Notes: generated from the sequence alone by a model not told the origin. Numbered from the stretch's first letter, positions 36,410 to 47,144 are shown. The stretch is 64,000 nucleotides of DNA from Verrucomicrobiia bacterium (GCA_049692125.1 JBAVOO010000088.1:2333-66332), one strand, 5' to 3'. A program made the numbers and translations.

Positions 36410-37033
36410 CTACGGCACGGAGCGGATGCGCCAGAAGTTATTGGTGGCTGCGTTCGGCGTGTTGGTGAACACCAGCGCCCCGCCTGCGCCGGCGGGATTG
36501 GTCACCTGCGGCACCCAGTTGGCCGGCACTAGGCTGACGGAACGGTCCAGCGCATAATTCGTTCCGGCCATGCCCACATCGGACAAACACACGCCGCCGC
36601 CGCTTAAAAGCCGGACGGAGATTTGATTGTAGCCTGGGACCCCGGCCACAATTTGCTCGGGAAGGTCGGTTCCATAGTGAGGAAAGGTGCCGTAAGTGCC
36701 GTCGCCCAACTGACCCCAAAGGTTCCAGCCCATGGCCCACAGGCTCCCGTCGCTCTTGATAAACAGGCTGTCGTCCCATCCGGCGGCAATCCCCGTGACG
36801 TTGCTGGCCACAATCTGCTCGGGTCGGTTGATGCCGTTGCCGTTGTAAGTGCCGTCGCCCAACTCGCCAACCTCGTTGAGGCCCATGGCCCACAGACTGC
36901 CGTCGCTCTTGAGAAACAGACTGTGTTCATACCCGGCGGCAACCTTGGTCACGGGTTGCGCGCCGCTGGTGAGCGCTTGCAGCACCATCGCATAAAGGAG
37001 GGAAGCTTGAATCAGGACGTATCTGGCTTTCAT
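36410..37033 (-). CDS. Secreted RCC1-repeat protein (short) with C-terminal beta-sandwich-like tail
   Basis: Signal peptide. Repeated SLFLKSDGSLWAMGxNxxGxLGDGT blades. Confidence 0.7.
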   Translation of the reverse strand: MKARYVLIQASLLYAMVLQALTSGAQPVTKVAAGYEHSLFLKSDGSLWAMGLNEVGELGDGTYNGNGINRPEQIVASNVTGIAAGWDDSLFIKSDGSLWAMGWNLWGQLGDGTYGTFPHYGTDLPEQIVAGVPGYNQISVRLLSGGGVCLSDVGMAGTNYALDRSVSLVPANWVPQVTNPAGAGGALVFTNTPNAATNNFWRIRSVP

Positions 37034-37363
37034 AACGATTTCAGGCTTAAACTATGGCGTTTTAGGCCAATAGAAACCACTGCTGCCGGTTGGTAACAGC
37101 CACATTTTGATCCGTTTCACCGGGTGGCATGGCAGCTTGGAATATGCCAGTTTACCGCCAGTAACCGATGTCCAAAGCGCCGTTAAGGTTGGCGTTTCCT
37201 ATCAAATCAAAAAGGTGCGGGGAAAGTGATTTTAAAAAAGAAAATTCAAATTAAGGCACTACCGAATTTAACCACGGCTGGTCGCAGTGCAAAAAGTTCA
37301 ATTGCCTTTCAAAAAATCAGTGACAGTCATTGTGCCGCTTGCAAAACTGCCAATCATCACGTT

Positions 37364-39151
37364 ATGAAAAATCCATTTCCTCTCATCGGTTCGCTTCCCA
37401 AAATCGGCATCCGGCCCGCCATTGACGGCCGGCGCAAGGGCGTCCGCGAATCGCTCGAAAAACAGGTCATGGGCATGGCCAAAAACGCCGCGAAATTTTT
37501 GTCCGCCAACCTGCGTTATCCGAACGGCAAACCCGTCCAGTGTGTCATTGCCGATTCCTGCATCGGTGGCGTCGCCGAAGCCGCCGCCTGCGCGGAAAAA
37601 TTCCAGCGCGAAGGCGTGGGTTTGTCGCTCACCGTCACACCGTGCTGGTGCTATGGCAGTGAAACCATGGACCTGGACCCGCTGATCCCGAAGGCGGTGT
37701 GGGGTTTCAACGGCACGGAACGGCCCGGCGCGGTCTATCTCGCCGCCGTGCTCGCCGGTTACAACCAGAAAGGTCTGCCGGCGTTCAGCATTTACGGGCG
37801 CGACGTGCAGGACGGCGGCGACACCAGCATCCCGGCCGATGTTCAGGAAAAACTGCTGCGCTTTGCCCGTGCCGGTCTTGCCGCCGCCATCATGCGCGGC
37901 AAAAGTTATTTGTCGCTGGGCGGCGTTTCCATGGGCATTGCCGGTTCCATTGTCGAACCATCCTTTTTTGAAAGTTTCCTCGGCATGCGCGTCGAGTGCG
38001 TGGACATGACGGAGTTTGTCCGCCGCATGGAGGAAAAAATTTATGACGAGCGCGAATTCAAACGCGCCTACGCCTGGACGCGGGCGAATTGCAAGGAAGG
38101 CAAAGACTGGAATCCGCCGAAATGGCAGCACGACACCGCGCGCAAGGATTGGGAATGGGCGACGGTGGTGAAGATGACGATGATTGCGCGCGACCTGATG
38201 ATTGGCAATCCGCGCCTGGCGGAACTGGGTTTCGGCGAGGAAGCGCCCGGCCACAACGCCATCGCCGGCGGTTTCCAGGGGCAACGGCATTGGACGGACC
38301 ATTTCCCGAACGGCGATTTCATGGAGGCCATGCTCACGTCGTCGTTCGACTGGAACGGCATTCGTCCGCCGATGGTGTTCGCCACGGAAAACGACGCGCT
38401 CAACGGCGCGGGCATGTTGTTCGGTTATTTGCTGACGAACACCGCGCAAATTTTTGCCGACGTGCGCACGTATTGGAGCCCCGACGCGGTCAGGCGCGTC
38501 ACCGGCCACACCTTGGCGGGCAAAAGCGAAAACGGTTTGCTGCACCTCATCAACTCCGGCGCGGCCACGCTGGACGGTTCCGGCCGGCAATCGCGCGACG
38601 GCCAACCGGCGATGAAGCCCTTCTGGGAAATCAGCAGGGAGGAAGCCGCAAAATGTTTGCAGGCGACTTCGTGGCCGCCGGCGGTTTATGAGTATTTCCG
38701 CGGCGGCGGTTTTTCGTCGTGTTATTTGTCGCGCGGCGGAATGCCCATGACGATGTGCCGCATCAGCCTGGTGAAAGGCCTCGGCCCGGCGCTGCAAATC
38801 GCCGAAGGCTGGTCGGTGGATTTGCCGACGAAAGTGCATCAGACACTCGATGAACGCACCAATCCGTCCTGGCCGACGACCTGGTTCGCGCCGAACGTGA
38901 CGGGGCAGGGCGCGTTCCGCGACGTTTACACGGTCATGAACCACTGGAGCGCCAACCACGGCTCCATCAGCTACGGCCACATCGGCGCGGATTTGATTTC
39001 GCTGGCCTCGATGCTGCGCATCCCGGTGGCAATGCACAACGTGTCCGGGGAAAAAATCTTCCGTCCGAGTTCGTGGAATCTGTTCGGCGCGCTGGAGCTG
39101 CAGGCGGCGGATTATCTGGCCTGCCGGAATTTCGGCCCGTTGTACGGGTGA
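37364..39151 (+). CDS. fucI: L-fucose isomerase
   Basis: [37 protein letters not shown] and [14 protein letters not shown] closely parallel E. coli FucI. Confidence 0.92.
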   Translation: MKNPFPLIGSLPKIGIRPAIDGRRKGVRESLEKQVMGMAKNAAKFLSANLRYPNGKPVQCVIADSCIGGVAEAAACAEKFQREGVGLSLTVTPCWCYGSETMDLDPLIPKAVWGFNGTERPGAVYLAAVLAGYNQKGLPAFSIYGRDVQDGGDTSIPADVQEKLLRFARAGLAAAIMRGKSYLSLGGVSMGIAGSIVEPSFFESFLGMRVECVDMTEFVRRMEEKIYDEREFKRAYAWTRANCKEGKDWNPPKWQHDTARKDWEWATVVKMTMIARDLMIGNPRLAELGFGEEAPGHNAIAGGFQGQRHWTDHFPNGDFMEAMLTSSFDWNGIRPPMVFATENDALNGAGMLFGYLLTNTAQIFADVRTYWSPDAVRRVTGHTLAGKSENGLLHLINSGAATLDGSGRQSRDGQPAMKPFWEISREEAAKCLQATSWPPAVYEYFRGGGFSSCYLSRGGMPMTMCRISLVKGLGPALQIAEGWSVDLPTKVHQTLDERTNPSWPTTWFAPNVTGQGAFRDVYTVMNHWSANHGSISYGHIGADLISLASMLRIPVAMHNVSGEKIFRPSSWNLFGALELQAADYLACRNFGPLYG

Positions 39152-39342
39152 GTGTTTCGGGTTTCGGGTCTCGGATTTCGGATCTTGGACTGCGCGGTGC
39201 GGAGACCGCGCCCTGCCGGATTTCGTAGCGCAGGTTTCCAAACCTGCTGTGTCGCCGACTTCCAAGTCGGCAGGACGCCCGCAGTCGTGTGATCTGCGGG
39301 TTTGGAAACCCGCGATACAGCAGACTTGGAAGTCTGCGTTAC
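39152..39342. repeat. R5 unit followed by a ggactgcgcgg / gcaggtttccaaacctgc / cgggtttggaaacccg palindromic module
   Basis: Several nested inverted repeats. It shares the ttggactgcg module with 15483. Confidence 0.65.
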
Positions 39343-39450
39343 CGGGTTGCGGCTTCGCTGCGCTGTGCCTTGGCGTCTTTGTTGTTCAACCTCTGTCGTT
39401 AAAATCCAGCGCTGGCCGAAGCCGGCCGTTTGGTGTAATTCTTTTCGCGC

Positions 39451-40020
39451 GTGAAAAAACTGTTCAAACGAACCGCGCCTGGCTTTTTCATTTTGCTGCT
39501 GTTGCTGGTCGTGGCCGCGATTGTTTTTCCGCAACCGTTTTTGTGCGTGGACAGCGGGCCGGTGAAGGCCGACGTGATTGTGGTATTGGGCGGTGGTTCG
39601 CACGAACGGCCGGAACGCGCGGCGGAACTTTTCAAGGAACACGCCGCGCCGCGCATCATCATCAGCGGGCTGGGCGATTACGAAATAAACCGGCGGCGGT
39701 TGATGGCGGCGGGCGTGCCGGCGAATGCGATTGAACTGGAAACCCAATCCCGCACGACAAGGGAAAATGCGCAGTTCACCGTCAAATTGCTCCGCGAACA
39801 AAAACCGAAGCGCGTCATCCTCGTTACGTCGTGGTATCATTCGCGCCGGGCGGTGGCGTGTTTCCGGCATTATGCGCCGGAGATAAGATTTTATTCGCGC
39901 CCGTCCTATTTTGCCTCTGCCCGCGCCGATTGGTCGCATAACCGCATCGGTCCTCGCGTCCGTCTGGAATACGCGAAACTGATCGGCTACTGGATTCGCT
40001 ATGGAATTTGTCCATTGTAA
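39451..40020 (+). CDS. YdcF/ElyC/SanA (DUF218) family protein
   Basis: GTG start, signal/TM helix, VIVVLGGGS...RIIISG...TRENA...ILVTSWYHSRRA. Confidence 0.8.
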   Translation: MKKLFKRTAPGFFILLLLLVVAAIVFPQPFLCVDSGPVKADVIVVLGGGSHERPERAAELFKEHAAPRIIISGLGDYEINRRRLMAAGVPANAIELETQSRTTRENAQFTVKLLREQKPKRVILVTSWYHSRRAVACFRHYAPEIRFYSRPSYFASARADWSHNRIGPRVRLEYAKLIGYWIRYGICPL

Positions 40021-40043
40021 ACCTGATGGGCGCTTGCCTGGAC

Positions 40044-40071
40044 ATAAAAAAACCCCGCACGCGCGGGGGTT
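40044..40071 (-). terminator. Rho-independent terminator after the initiator tRNA
   Basis: ccccgc...gcgggg hairpin followed on the minus strand by a run of 7-8 T. Confidence 0.7.
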
Positions 40072-40075
40072 AAAT

Positions 40076-40152
<77 letters not shown>

Positions 40153-40634
40153 ATTAGCAACAAGTAATATGTCCAACACCCGCAGCCAACGCAAGAAGTT
40201 TCGGCCCAAATCCGGAACGGAACCATTGAATCCTGACCCCACAACCAATTTCAACCCCGCCTCGTGCGGGGCTTTTGATGTCGGGGACACGTGAACCGGA
40301 GAAACGTCTGAAGCGCTAAATGGCGGAGTTGGCTTCAGGTTTTTAACCGGATTGCAAAGCTTGTCAGGCTCATCATCCCGCACTGCGGAATCCCAATTCC
40401 AAGGAGAATGGCCGTTATTTCATTTTTAGGCGGACTGTTTCCCCGCCCGCCAAATTACGTGCCTAAAAATAAATTTAAAGTTGTCTAAAAGTGATACATC
40501 CGAAGAAAAAGTATTCAGCATTTGAAGTGACAGCCGATGGCATTAAAGCTGCACACGCTGTAGCAGACAGTTCGAGGAATAAATTGATTACGCACACGAG
40601 TAAATCACAAACACCCTGAAACCAGCGGAATCGA

Positions 40635-41039
40635 ATGGAATTTATGAAAATCATTTACTCATTGGCTCTCGCGGGTCTGGCAATCATGTTGACCTCCTGT
40701 GCGACCCCGAAGCCGCCACAGGCGTTTCACAACACCGACAGCACGGCGTTGGTCATCAAGTCTTTGGATGACAAGACTTGCCAGATGCTCCAACCAACAA
40801 CCTCCAGCGGGGAGAAAAACGATGAGGTTCTGGCAAAGGCCATGGCGCTGCCCCAACACCTGACGGCTGTGGTGATGCTTGAGAATTACACCGAGCCGCA
40901 GATTGGTGACCAGTTCCGCGACCGCGGTACAATCTTGTTCGTCGGATTACGGTACCTCGGATATCAGCACATTGTCTTCCTTCAAGGCAAGGGCGTCGCC
41001 AATCCTGACGGGTTGATAACGCTCGCCGAATACGATTAA
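40635..41039 (+). CDS. Hypothetical lipoprotein
   Basis: Lipobox IMLTSC after a hydrophobic signal. The flanks are AT-richer. Confidence 0.55.
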   Translation: MEFMKIIYSLALAGLAIMLTSCATPKPPQAFHNTDSTALVIKSLDDKTCQMLQPTTSSGEKNDEVLAKAMALPQHLTAVVMLENYTEPQIGDQFRDRGTILFVGLRYLGYQHIVFLQGKGVANPDGLITLAEYD

Positions 41040-41193
41040 CGCGGAGGGGTTACAATTCCCGCCCGCAGGACCAGGCGCATCATCCTGCGGGCGGGTCGCA
41101 AGTTCAGATCCCGTCCGCGCGACCAATTCCAAGCCCGCCGATTTCCCCGTTTCATTTTTTCAAGCCGCTCTGGTTGATGTCGGCGGCGGAATG

Positions 41194-41977
41194 TCATTTC
41201 CGCCAGACCGCAAGTTTGGGAACGTTTGATTCAATTTCCCCGACGGCAAGGTCGCACATCCGGCTCGCGCCGCAGGCGTTGAAATGTGTGTCGTCGGACA
41301 ACCCCTTCGGGTAGCGCTCAAATTCGCCCGGGCCAATCCAATCGAAAAGTTTCCTGGAAAGCTCCGGGCCCAGGCTGGCGGGCGATTCCGCGCTGCGGGT
41401 GTTCATTTCGAGCAATAACGCCCGCCGTTCCTGCGCGACCTCCCGCACGACTTTCACGTAATCGCCATGCGTGTCAACCAGCCCGCCGTGGTCATCGAAT
41501 TTTCTCCGGGCAACGGGCGTGGCCAGAACGGGCGTGGCCTTGTGCTCGCGGGATTCGCGGATGAACAACTCGAGGTTTTGTTTGAAACCGCCGAAAGGTT
41601 CCGGGTGGCGCCTGGGGTCTTTTTTCTTTTCGTCGTTGTGGCCGAATTCAATGATGACGCAATCGCCGGATTTGAGCCGGTTCAGGACCGGTTCCCATCG
41701 CCCTTCGTCGGGAAAACTTTTTGAACTTCGGCCGTTCACCGCGTGATTTTCAATCCGCACTCCATCCTTGAAATACATCGGCAGCATCTGCCCCCAACCA
41801 CGTTCGGAATTGGACGAAATCGCCAATCATGAAAATGGTGAAACCGGTTTGGTTTGGCTCCGCGCGGGTTGCCGTGGCCGGTTTGGTGGCGCACCCGCAA
41901 AATGCGACGGCAGCCAAAAGCAGGATGGCCGTTTGAGGCTTGAGACGTTCGCATAAAAATGGAACAGCAGGGATCAT
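41194..41977 (-). pseudogene. SGNH/GDSL hydrolase (rhamnogalacturonan acetylesterase-like) with a +1 frameshift at the catalytic GDS motif
   Basis: ORF 41750-41977 gives a signal peptide plus FTIFMIGD and then goes out of frame. ORF 41194-41826 continues SSNSERGWGQ..NGRSS..GHND..DDTHFN. Removing one T of the run at 41817-41819 restores MIGDSSNSERGWGQ. Confidence 0.75.
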
Positions 41978-42066
41978 AAGCCGGGGTTAAGGCAAATCCG
42001 CTCCCAATGGGATGAAAATGACCGGCAAAACTTTGACACCGCGCCTTCAATCTTTATTCTTGGGCC

Positions 42067-43167
42067 GTGCGCACCGTTCCCGTAAAGCTGGGCCATCGCA
42101 GTTACGCGATCGAAATTGCGCCGGGCTTGATTGACCAGCTCGGTCGCGAATGTGCGCGCCTGAAACTCGGCGCGCGTTGCGCCATCATCACCGACACCAA
42201 CGTTGGTCGCCGCTATGCCAAGGCAGCATTCAATTCCCTCGCCACGGCGGGTTTTTCGCCTTCACTGGTTGTGGTTCCGGCGGGCGAAACGGCCAAAAGC
42301 TTGAAAACCGTCCAGACCTGCTTCGACCTGCTCGCTGCGCACCGGCTGGAGCGCAAGTCATTCATCGTCGCCCTCGGTGGCGGTGTGGTAGGCGATCTGG
42401 CCGGGTTCGTCGCCGCCACGTATCTGCGCGGCATCGCTTTCGTGCAGGTGCCCACAACGCTGCTGGCGCAAGTGGACAGCTCCGTCGGCGGCAAGGTGGG
42501 CGTGAATTTGAAAGCCGGCAAAAATCTCGTGGGCGCGTTTTACCAGCCGCGTTTGGTGCTATGCGATCTCGACACCTTGCGCACTTTGCCCGAACGCGAG
42601 TTTCGCGCCGGTCTCGCCGAAGTCATCAAAAACGGCGTTATTTACGATGCCCGACTGTTCGCGCAACTGGAACGCGATTTGCCGAAGCTGTTGCGGCGCG
42701 AACCCCAAACCCTCGCTGCCGTCGTTGCGCGGTGTTGCGAAATCAAGGCGGACGTCGTCGGCCAGGATGAAACTGAAAACGGTTTGCGCGCCGTTCTGAA
42801 TTTTGGCCACACGATTGGCCACGCCATCGAAAACATCTCCGGCTACGGAAAATATCTGCACGGCGAGGCGATATCCATCGGCCAGGTTGCCACCGCAAAA
42901 CTTTCCTCTGAACTGGTGGGTTTGTCAGGAGGTGATGCCGGGCGGATTCGGGATTTATTCAAGCATGCCGGCCTGCCGACTCAAATCAAATTGAAGCCGG
43001 CGCAACGGCAGAAACTTTTCGCCGCGATGAAGCTGGACAAAAAAGTCAGCGGCGGCGAAATCAAATTCGTGCTCGCCCGAAAAATCGGAAAGGTGATCTG
43101 GGGGCAACGCGTGCCTGAAAATTTGATCAACCGCGCGCTCGATGAAATAACAAATCGCAAATCGTAA
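42067..43167 (+). CDS. aroB: 3-dehydroquinate synthase
   Basis: GGGVVGDLAGFVAATYLRGI, VPTTLLAQVDSSVGGK, LNFGHTIGHA. Confidence 0.92.
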   Translation: MRTVPVKLGHRSYAIEIAPGLIDQLGRECARLKLGARCAIITDTNVGRRYAKAAFNSLATAGFSPSLVVVPAGETAKSLKTVQTCFDLLAAHRLERKSFIVALGGGVVGDLAGFVAATYLRGIAFVQVPTTLLAQVDSSVGGKVGVNLKAGKNLVGAFYQPRLVLCDLDTLRTLPEREFRAGLAEVIKNGVIYDARLFAQLERDLPKLLRREPQTLAAVVARCCEIKADVVGQDETENGLRAVLNFGHTIGHAIENISGYGKYLHGEAISIGQVATAKLSSELVGLSGGDAGRIRDLFKHAGLPTQIKLKPAQRQKLFAAMKLDKKVSGGEIKFVLARKIGKVIWGQRVPENLINRALDEITNRKS

Positions 43168-43188
43168 ATCGCAAATCTAAAATCAAAC

Positions 43189-43755
43189 ATGGTTCTGGTC
43201 ATAGACAACTACGATTCGTTCACCTACAACCTCGTGCAATATCTCGGCGAGATGAACGTGGAGTTGCAGGTGCGGCGGAACGACGACATCACGCTTGAGG
43301 CGATTCGGGAATTGAAGCCGGAGCGCATTCTCGTGTCGCCGGGACCGTGCTCGCCGCGCGAATCCGGGTTGTCGAACGAAGTCATTCGCACGTTCGGCCG
43401 GGAAATGCCCGTGTTCGGCGTCTGCCTCGGTCACCAGTGCATCGGGCACGTGTTCGGCGCGGAGGTGGTGGTGAATTACCGCATGATGCACGGCAAAACC
43501 TCGCCGATCAAGCACAACGGCCGGGACCTTTTTGTGGGGATGGCCAATCCCTTTGTCGCCACGCGCTATCATTCGCTCGTCATCAAGCGCGACACGCTGC
43601 CCGATTGTCTCGAAGTCACGGCCGAGACCGACGAGGGCGAAATCATGGGTGTGCGGCACAAGGAACTGCCGATCTGGGGCGTGCAATTTCATCCGGAAAG
43701 CATTCTCACCGGGAATGGACGTCAGATTATTAAAAATTTTCTCAAGTTGAAGTAA
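43189..43755 (+). CDS. trpG: Anthranilate/aminodeoxychorismate synthase glutamine amidotransferase component II
   Basis: GVCLGHQ catalytic Cys and GVQFHPES. 188 aa. Confidence 0.88.
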   Translation: MVLVIDNYDSFTYNLVQYLGEMNVELQVRRNDDITLEAIRELKPERILVSPGPCSPRESGLSNEVIRTFGREMPVFGVCLGHQCIGHVFGAEVVVNYRMMHGKTSPIKHNGRDLFVGMANPFVATRYHSLVIKRDTLPDCLEVTAETDEGEIMGVRHKELPIWGVQFHPESILTGNGRQIIKNFLKLK

Positions 43756-43783
43756 CGGCGCAGTACGCTATACTCAATGGCTC

Positions 43784-44146
43784 ATGCAGGTTCATTTGCT
43801 GAAATCAAAAATTCATCGCGCCACGGTCACGGGCGGCAACGTGAAATATGAGGGCAGCCTGACCATTGCCGTTGACCTGATGGAAAAGGTCGGCCTGTGC
43901 CCTTATGAAAAAATCCTCTGCGGCAACATGGCCAACGGCGAACGGTTTGAGACTTACGCGATTCCCGGCCAGCGCGGTTCCGGCCAGATCATCATGAACG
44001 GTGCGGTGGCGCATCTGGGCAAAAAGGGCGATTTGCTGACCATCATGAACTTTGCGACCTTCGGCAAGGCGAAGGCGAAAAAGTGGCAGCCCCGCGTTAT
44101 TGTCCTCGGCAAGGGGAACAAGATAGTGGACGAGCGGGGAAATTGA
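43784..44146 (+). CDS. panD: Aspartate 1-decarboxylase
   Basis: LKSKIHRATVT and the YEGS self-cleavage site. Confidence 0.92.
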   Translation: MQVHLLKSKIHRATVTGGNVKYEGSLTIAVDLMEKVGLCPYEKILCGNMANGERFETYAIPGQRGSGQIIMNGAVAHLGKKGDLLTIMNFATFGKAKAKKWQPRVIVLGKGNKIVDERGN

Positions 44147-44211
44147 AACCGCGGATTACGCGGATTCACGCTGATAAAAAGTTCTTCAACGGTACCCAAT
44201 TGAAACTAAAC

Positions 44212-44278
44212 ACCCCTCGCCCCGTCCCTCTCCCCGCCGGGCGGGGAGAGGGTGTCCGCAGGACGGGAGAGGGGAGTG
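44212..44278. repeat. R3-family element
   Basis: cctcgccccgtccctctccccgccgggcggggagagggtgtccgcaggacgggagagggg. Confidence 0.75.
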
Positions 44279-44342
44279 TGATTTTCCAACAAAAAACACG
44301 CCGGTTTTCTCCGGCGTGCTGGCAGGCGAATAAATTCGCAGT

Positions 44343-44957
44343 TTAGAGGTTTTTGGCAACTTCGTTCCAGTTGATCACGTTCCAGACCGCCTTCAGATAA
44401 TCCGCGCGCTTGTTCTGGTATTTGAGGTAGTAGGCATGTTCCCAAACGTCCACGCCGAGCAGCGGTTTGCCTTCGCAACCGGCCACGGCCTTGCCCATGA
44501 GCGGATTGTCCTGGTTGGCGGTGGAAACAATTTCCAGTTTGCCGCCGTTCGAGACGAGCCAGGCCCAGCCGCTGCCGAACCGGCCGATGCCCGCGGCTTC
44601 AAACTTGCCTTGAAAATCGGCGAAGGAGCCGAACGTGGATTTGATGGCGTCGCCGAGTTTGCCGGAGGGCGCGCCGCCAGCCTTGGGCGCGAGGATTTTC
44701 CAGAAGAACGAGTGGTTCCAATGGCCGCCACCGTTGTTGCGCACCGGGCCGCGGATGTTGTCCGGCACGGACGCGAGGTCCTTGATCAGCGCGTCGAGCG
44801 ATTTGGCCTCGAGTGCGGCGTTGCCGGCGATGGCCTTGTTGAGATTGTCCACGTAAGCCTTGTGATGGCGGTCGTGATGGATTTCCATCGTCAGCGCGTC
44901 AATGTGCGGTTCCAAAGCTTCCTTGGGATAGGGCAGAGGCGGTAGTTCGTGTGCCAT
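44343..44957 (-). CDS. sodA: Superoxide dismutase (Mn-type signature)
   Basis: [27 protein letters not shown] (SodA-like) and DVWEHAYY. Confidence 0.88.
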   Translation of the reverse strand: MAHELPPLPYPKEALEPHIDALTMEIHHDRHHKAYVDNLNKAIAGNAALEAKSLDALIKDLASVPDNIRGPVRNNGGGHWNHSFFWKILAPKAGGAPSGKLGDAIKSTFGSFADFQGKFEAAGIGRFGSGWAWLVSNGGKLEIVSTANQDNPLMGKAVAGCEGKPLLGVDVWEHAYYLKYQNKRADYLKAVWNVINWNEVAKNL

Positions 44958-45046
44958 AATTTTTAATCCTTTCGTTTCGTTTAGTTAATACTTGAAATCA
45001 AATTGCGCCATTGTCGAAGAAAAAGCAAGTGCGGAAAACAAAATCA

Positions 45047-45298
45047 TCGAAATTGTTCCGTCATTTCAAGTTGTGACAAAATAAATAAAAAGTCTTGCGA
45101 GTATCCATCATTGTTAAGATCGGCAGCAAGTCTGCTCGGACGATGAGGATCATAAAATTGATTTTCTTCTGGTTTGGAAAATTTCTCTATTAGTTTTTTA
45201 AAACGAGCTTGACGTTCGTCACGACTGTCACAAAATCCATAAATTAAAGCTGCCTCAAACCATACTTTATACCACGAGTCTTTAATATTGGTGAACCA
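45047..45298 (-). other. 84-codon stop-free frame without any ATG/GTG/TTG for ~75 codons, in frame with the upstream gene across two TGAs
   Basis: Hand translation gives WFTNIKDSWYKVWFEAALIYGFCDSRDERQARFKKLIEKFSKPEENQFYDPHRPSRLAADLNNDGYSQDFLFILSQLEMTEQFR, with the stop at 45044-45046. The DNA here is AT-rich. Confidence 0.4.
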
Positions 45299-45376
45299 TC
45301 ATTTACGGTGTCTATGGAAATCCGATGTTGTTGTAATTCTTGGAATATTCCCGGACGGTAGGCGCGAAGCCGTGCT

Positions 45377-46321
45377 TCATTTGTTCCAGCCACAGCTCTC
45401 GCATAAGACAGCATCGTCGTGATCTGAATCAGGTTTATAAATCATCTGTAGGCGCAAAGAACCGCAGTGGGGGCAACGGTCCATTGCCTTTCGTTCACTA
45501 CGCATCAAGGCGTTTCCAAAGGAATTTAGCACTTCTTGAGTGGCATTTACGGCAACTGTGCCATCATAAGTGACCGCATTTGCTGCGTGTGTGAGCCAAG
45601 AAACGAGCTGCCAAGTAGATCGTGCGATGGTCTTGAGGTAACTACGGATTTCTTGGTAACTCGGTCCCGGGGCGACAGCATCCGCAATCAATTCCGACCA
45701 ATGGATAAAGTCGCTTGCCTTCGGGCTTTCCTGTCCTTTAGGTATCATCGCAGGGCTAGCAACAGACCGTACTAACGCAACGAGACACTCACGACAACGC
45801 ATTCCGACCGCTTGGATCTCCTCGGATTCCTCGCTGTGATCGAGTGCTTCAGCTGCCTGCTCCCAACGGCGAAATGCAGATGCTAGACGGTCTGCGAGTC
45901 GGTCATTGCTGGTTCCTTTGCGTTGCGCCTGCATGCGAACCGTCAAGCCGATATGAAACGAGAGAGTGTAATCAAGACTGGGAAACAGTTCTTGTGAATA
46001 GAGATTGGTTGGATTGGTAATGACCCAGTATCGTTCCTTGTTCGTGCGAACATTCCAACAGTCGTGGCGAGTACCGAAGACAGGCTCGGTCATGACTTTT
46101 TCGAGATACGTCACGTGTTCCTTGTCCTTAGCACATTGCCATTCGACATAACTGGAAATCTGGTCTGCCTCGTTCTCGTTGCGACCGAGCGTGAAGCGGT
46201 TCAAAACCACATCCGGCACGCGTGGTGGAATGGTGCATTCCTTATTGAACCTCGACTTTTCTTGTTTTGCCGGCAATTTTCTAGGCTCTTTTCTAGAGGT
46301 TCGGGACGATGATGATTTCAT
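45377..46321 (-). CDS. Hypothetical protein with a C-terminal zinc-ribbon (CPHCG...CESCG), AT-richer islet
   Basis: Start MKSSSSRTSRK. The six-frame ORF extends to 46426 only by reading through a hisH-3'-like fragment. Confidence 0.6.
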   Translation of the reverse strand: MKSSSSRTSRKEPRKLPAKQEKSRFNKECTIPPRVPDVVLNRFTLGRNENEADQISSYVEWQCAKDKEHVTYLEKVMTEPVFGTRHDCWNVRTNKERYWVITNPTNLYSQELFPSLDYTLSFHIGLTVRMQAQRKGTSNDRLADRLASAFRRWEQAAEALDHSEESEEIQAVGMRCRECLVALVRSVASPAMIPKGQESPKASDFIHWSELIADAVAPGPSYQEIRSYLKTIARSTWQLVSWLTHAANAVTYDGTVAVNATQEVLNSFGNALMRSERKAMDRCPHCGSLRLQMIYKPDSDHDDAVLCESCGWNK

Positions 46322-46336
46322 AGCCGGATTGATTTT

Positions 46337-46390
46337 TACCAACTCCACAAAATTCTTCAGCAGTTGCAGGCCAACGCGTCGGCTTTTCCC
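46337..46390 (-). pseudogene. Degenerate duplicate of the last ~18 codons of hisH
   Basis: It encodes GKSRRVGLQLLKNFVELV, compared with the true hisH end EKSQKVGLQLLENFVKLV (47148-47201). Nucleotide strings such as cacaaaatt and agcagttgca are shared. Confidence 0.6.
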
Positions 46391-46398
46391 GGCCAAGA

Positions 46399-46971
46399 TC
46401 ATTTTTCGATGTAGGGCGTGCCCCATCTCAAATCATTGTGCACGGTGCCTTTCTCCTTCACCGCGCGCATGATGTCGGACACCTGGTTCCAATCCAGTTG
46501 AAGCGTGGTCTTATCCGGCCAGTCCTTTTCTTGCGTCCAAAACTCCAATTGCAACTCCAACTGGCCGTTCTTTTCCGCCGGGGTCGCCAGGCTGAAAAGC
46601 TGCGCGGCTTTCGCAAAATCTTTTCCCATTGCCTTCGACCAGCGCCATAAAACCTCGTCCGTGATGTCCAGCGGCAGGCCGGATGACCGCACCGCAAACA
46701 ATCGCGGCTTGGTACCCCGGGGATCGTCCGGGTCCGACGACACATAGGCCTTGTCGCCCACAAATAGCGCCACGTCACCTTTGATGACCTCGCTGACCCC
46801 GTACAAGGCAGGCCAGATCGAAGTGGTTTTGCCGTCCGGCGCCCGATACTGAAATGAAACTCGCGTGGGATAGGCCACCTCCTCATAACCGTTGCTCAAT
46901 GGCGCAACTGTGCCTTGAGACGCACATCCGGTCAGACCGATGCAAAGAATGGCCAATAAAAAATGGGGCAA
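46399..46971 (-). CDS. Hypothetical lipoprotein
   Basis: Lipobox IGLTGC after LPHFLLAILC. The start is uncertain (TTG 46971 or ATG 47010). Confidence 0.55.
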   Translation of the reverse strand: MPHFLLAILCIGLTGCASQGTVAPLSNGYEEVAYPTRVSFQYRAPDGKTTSIWPALYGVSEVIKGDVALFVGDKAYVSSDPDDPRGTKPRLFAVRSSGLPLDITDEVLWRWSKAMGKDFAKAAQLFSLATPAEKNGQLELQLEFWTQEKDWPDKTTLQLDWNQVSDIMRAVKEKGTVHNDLRWGTPYIEK

Positions 46972-46984
46972 CTTCGAAATTCCA

Positions 46985-47042
46985 CAGCAGCCGGGGTAAC
47001 GAGGCTCCATCTTCAAGAAAATCAGAGCCTCCTCACCCGCCT
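46985..47042. repeat. Degenerate R1 element
   Basis: ccggggtaacgaggctc ... gagcctcctcacc with eroded termini. Confidence 0.5.
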
Positions 47043-47144
47043 TCGCTTCGCTTCGCCGCGGCAGGCGTCGGCGGCTACATCTTTGAAAGAAGTTAAAATG
47101 CGAAAACATTTTTTTAATCAATTTCATAGGTCTTTTGATCAATG

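Noticed and set aside
37298-39265. 655-aa ORF on the minus strand
   Set aside because: It is antisense to fucI, whose plus-strand product parallels E. coli FucI motif for motif. The minus-strand product is Arg/Ala/Gly-rich with no motif, which is a typical high-GC shadow ORF.
40252-40280. ccccgc-ctcgt-gcgggg hairpin plus cttttg as the terminator of a small RNA upstream of tRNA-fMet
   Set aside because: The T-run is weak and I found no promoter or conserved structure. It is too speculative to report as a feature.
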